Below, piece after piece: positions 61,888 through 64,000 of a stretch of 64,000 nt of DNA. Made by a program: the position numbers and the translations under genes. The notes under the pieces were generated by a model. That model was not told the DNA's origin and searched no databases. It was given only the letters and a program-made list of their open reading frames with translations. How positions within the stretch are numbered: position 1 is the first letter of the stretch; every line of letters starts with the position of its first letter. This DNA comes from Candidatus Poribacteria bacterium (GTDB lineage Bacteria; Poribacteria; WGA-4E; WGA-3G): assembly GCA_964291315.2 (NCBI GenBank), contig OZ219753.1, positions 2,240,001 to 2,304,000 of the forward strand, read 5' to 3'.

Positions 61888-62913
61888 ATGTTTCTAACGC
61901 GGTTGAATACAAGTATCTGGGCTGCTATTTTCATGACAGTCCTCATACTCCCAGCAGCTTCAGAGGAGGAAGCAGTGACAACTCCAGATAGGCTAAAAGT
62001 GGGGATGATCGCCCCCGATTTTGCACTGAAAGATGAACAAGGACTCGAACGAAATCTCAGTGACTACTTAAGTCAGAAAAACGTAGTTCTTGCCTTTTAT
62101 CCAAAAGACTTCACAGGTGGATGAACAACGGAACTCAACTCGCTCCGGGACAGTTTGAGCGAGATAGAAGCAACCGATAGTGTTCTCTTCGGTGTGAGCG
62201 TTGACTCTGTAGAATCACACAAACGGTTCTGTGCAGAGCAAAAATTCGGGTTCTCCCTACTGGCAGATACCGATTTTAAGGTGAGCAGGCAGTACAGCGG
62301 GATCATCGAAAACTTCAAAGCGTCAAAGCGGGCAACCTTTATCATAGATAAAGCGGGATACATTCGTTCTATTGACAGAGAAGTTAACACCAAAACACAC
62401 GGGGAAGATGTCGTTGCCCAGCTAAAAGAGGTGCTACCACAGATAGAAGTCGGACAAAACGCCCCCGATTTTATTGCAGTTGACGGTGAGGGCAAAACGT
62501 ACCAACTGAGCCAATTTCGTGGAAAGAAGAAGATAGTGCTCGCGTTCTATCCGCGCGACTTTGGACGTGGCTGAACAGCGGAAGTTTGCTCGCTCCGTGA
62601 TGAGTCGAGTAGTTTTGCCAAATACGACGCTCAGGTTTTTGGAATCACGACGAATGACGCAGATTCCCATCAGAAATTTGCCGAAGAAAACCAGTTGAAC
62701 TTCCCGCTTTTGGTAGATATAGGTCGCAATCTTTCGCTCCTATACGGGGCAACAAATGCCCTTGAAGGAAGGATTGCAAGATTAACCGTTATCATTGATA
62801 AAGAAGGGAAGATTCTGGCAATTGATAAAGAAGTTAACCCTAGTACACACGGGACAGATTTAGCAGATTTCTTTAAAAACTTGGAAACATCGAACGAATC
62901 TGATGCCCCGTAA
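61888..62913 (+). CDS. Predicted double selenoprotein: signal peptide plus two tandem BCP/PrxQ peroxiredoxin domains, Sec at TGA 62122-62124 and 62572-62574
   Basis: Three track ORFs are one frame; FYPKDFTGG-U-TTE and FYPRDFGRG-U-TAEVC match BCP FYPxxxTPGCTxE; GGAGG RBS before ATG 61888; 341 aa. Confidence 0.88.
62139..62163 (+). promoter_or_regulatory. Putative SECIS hairpin 1
   Basis: CTCGCTC-(CGGGACAGTTT)-GAGCGAG, starting 14 nt after the UGA. Confidence 0.55.
62587..62611 (+). promoter_or_regulatory. Putative SECIS hairpin 2
   Basis: TGCTCGCTC-(CGTGAT)-GAG[T]CGAGTA with one bulged U, starting 12 nt after the UGA. Confidence 0.55.
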
Positions 62914-63517
62914 GACTTTATCAACAATAACTGCCCGATTCGCCTGGGGTGTCTCTGTCGTTTTTAGCCCTTTTTTAGTCCCAATCGCAACAACCATCGG
63001 CGTAGTTCAAAAACATGCCGCACCTCAAGACCTTTACCGATGGATAGGGATTGTTGTGTTGTTTGTCACCGTGTTCCCGGTACTATCAATTGCAGTAATG
63101 GCGCGACTTGCCAAAGTCAGCGATTTACATCTAAAAAATAGAGAAGAACGGTTCCTACCTTTATGCTGCACGCTCGTTAGTATGATTGTAGGAACCTTTC
63201 TATTGCAGGAACTCGGCGCGGCTCGTGAAATTGTTTGGGCAGGTATCGCTTATATCATCAACTGCGTTATTTTTCTGGCCATTACCCTGACGTGGAAAAT
63301 CAGTTTTCACAGCAGCGTCGCCACCGGCTGTATTACCGTGCTGGTGATGCTTGTTAACCTACAATTGGGGTGGCTATTTCTGCTGATCCCACTGATTGCT
63401 TGGGCACGAGTCTATCGAGAACGCCATACACTCCTGCAAACCGTTGTCGGTGCCGTGTTAGCCCTTGGCAACACGTCCATTGTTTTGTATTTAGCCAAAC
63501 TCGGGGGAAGTGGTTAG
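62903..63517 (+). CDS. PAP2-like multi-TM membrane protein
   Basis: SD....REER..P, WKIS.H, WARV....HT..Q...G. Confidence 0.75.
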   Translation: MPRKTLSTITARFAWGVSVVFSPFLVPIATTIGVVQKHAAPQDLYRWIGIVVLFVTVFPVLSIAVMARLAKVSDLHLKNREERFLPLCCTLVSMIVGTFLLQELGAAREIVWAGIAYIINCVIFLAITLTWKISFHSSVATGCITVLVMLVNLQLGWLFLLIPLIAWARVYRERHTLLQTVVGAVLALGNTSIVLYLAKLGGSG

Positions 63518-63647
63518 CTAGTGGCGATTAGAAAGATTAACTGGATGCTGTTCTAATGTGAGTTTGATAAATAATTTCGCTTTTTCTTTAGTTCAAAGAG
63601 AACCCGTTTGGTATAATAGGTGATTATATTTTCCCACACAGCAGGTG

Positions 63648-64000
63648 TCACTTGTTGAGTTGTAGTCTCGATGATGCGATGAATAGGAAAGGAAACCCGC
63701 GAAGCAGACAGAAACCGACTGCAAGCGTTGCAAGGATAAGACTGACGGCTTCAAGAGCATCGTGGTTAAAAACGCTCACACTGGCAAGACTGGTAAAAGC
63801 GAGCATTTTGGTGATGCCACTCATTGCACGGCTGACGCGTGAGCGGGTCAAGGCGTATGTCCATCCTTTTTGTGGGTATCCGCAAAAGCGCTGTAAACTG
63901 TCAGTGAGAAAGCCTCGCGCCATGACTGCTATCGGCATCCAGAGGCTCAGGGGTCCGACTACTGTGAAATAGATCCAGAAGGTGTTTTCGATGATTCGAT
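63648..64000 (-). CDS. Probable CDP-alcohol phosphatidyltransferase, 3' part (truncated by window edge)
   Basis: Frame open to the window edge: RIIENTFWIYF..W.P.....RG.L.D.L..K; hydrophobic C-terminus. Confidence 0.55.
   Translation of the reverse strand, partial: RIIENTFWIYFTVVGPLSLWMPIAVMARGFLTDSLQRFCGYPQKGWTYALTRSRVSRAMSGITKMLAFTSLASVSVFNHDALEAVSLILATLAVGFCLLRGFPFLFIASSRLQLNK

Noticed and set aside
95-63972. Numerous short antisense or overlapping ORFs in the track; tRNA/rRNA genes
   Set aside because: The short ORFs are shadows of well-supported genes with no motifs; I recognised no tRNA (including tRNA-Sec) or rRNA by eye
1-64000. Genome-wide UGA reassignment (code 4 or 25) as the explanation for the in-frame TGAs
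   Set aside because: TGA ends many complete genes here (e.g. 33093, 54547, 57216, 14068), and the three read-through sites all fall at catalytic Cys positions

Overview
Bacterial chromosomal window (standard code; UGA is a normal stop at many genes). The gene content strongly suggests Candidatus Poribacteria, by inference: four PhyH dioxygenases, three Gfo/Idh/MocA oxidoreductases, LamG proteins ending in 'xLTTTWxxxK', a dockerin plus T9SS-type CTD protein and DUF1501. It holds housekeeping genes (gmk, coaBC, rsmA, rsmD, cydAB, an E2 acyltransferase), a Type III restriction-modification pair and many catabolic enzymes. The main finding is two exported thiol-peroxidase genes that the ORF track splits into pieces at in-frame UGA codons lying exactly at the catalytic Cys position, each followed by a SECIS-like hairpin. 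One is a lipoprotein-type Prx-like fusion (12959-14068, UxxC). The other is a signal-peptide-bearing tandem BCP/PrxQ with two Sec codons (61888-62913). Other observations: a shared C-terminal TTW motif, a PorV-like gene with an apparent ACG start, a translationally coupled paralog array with a 130-bp exact duplication, two single-base homopolymer frameshifts, and several enzymes with altered catalytic motifs.
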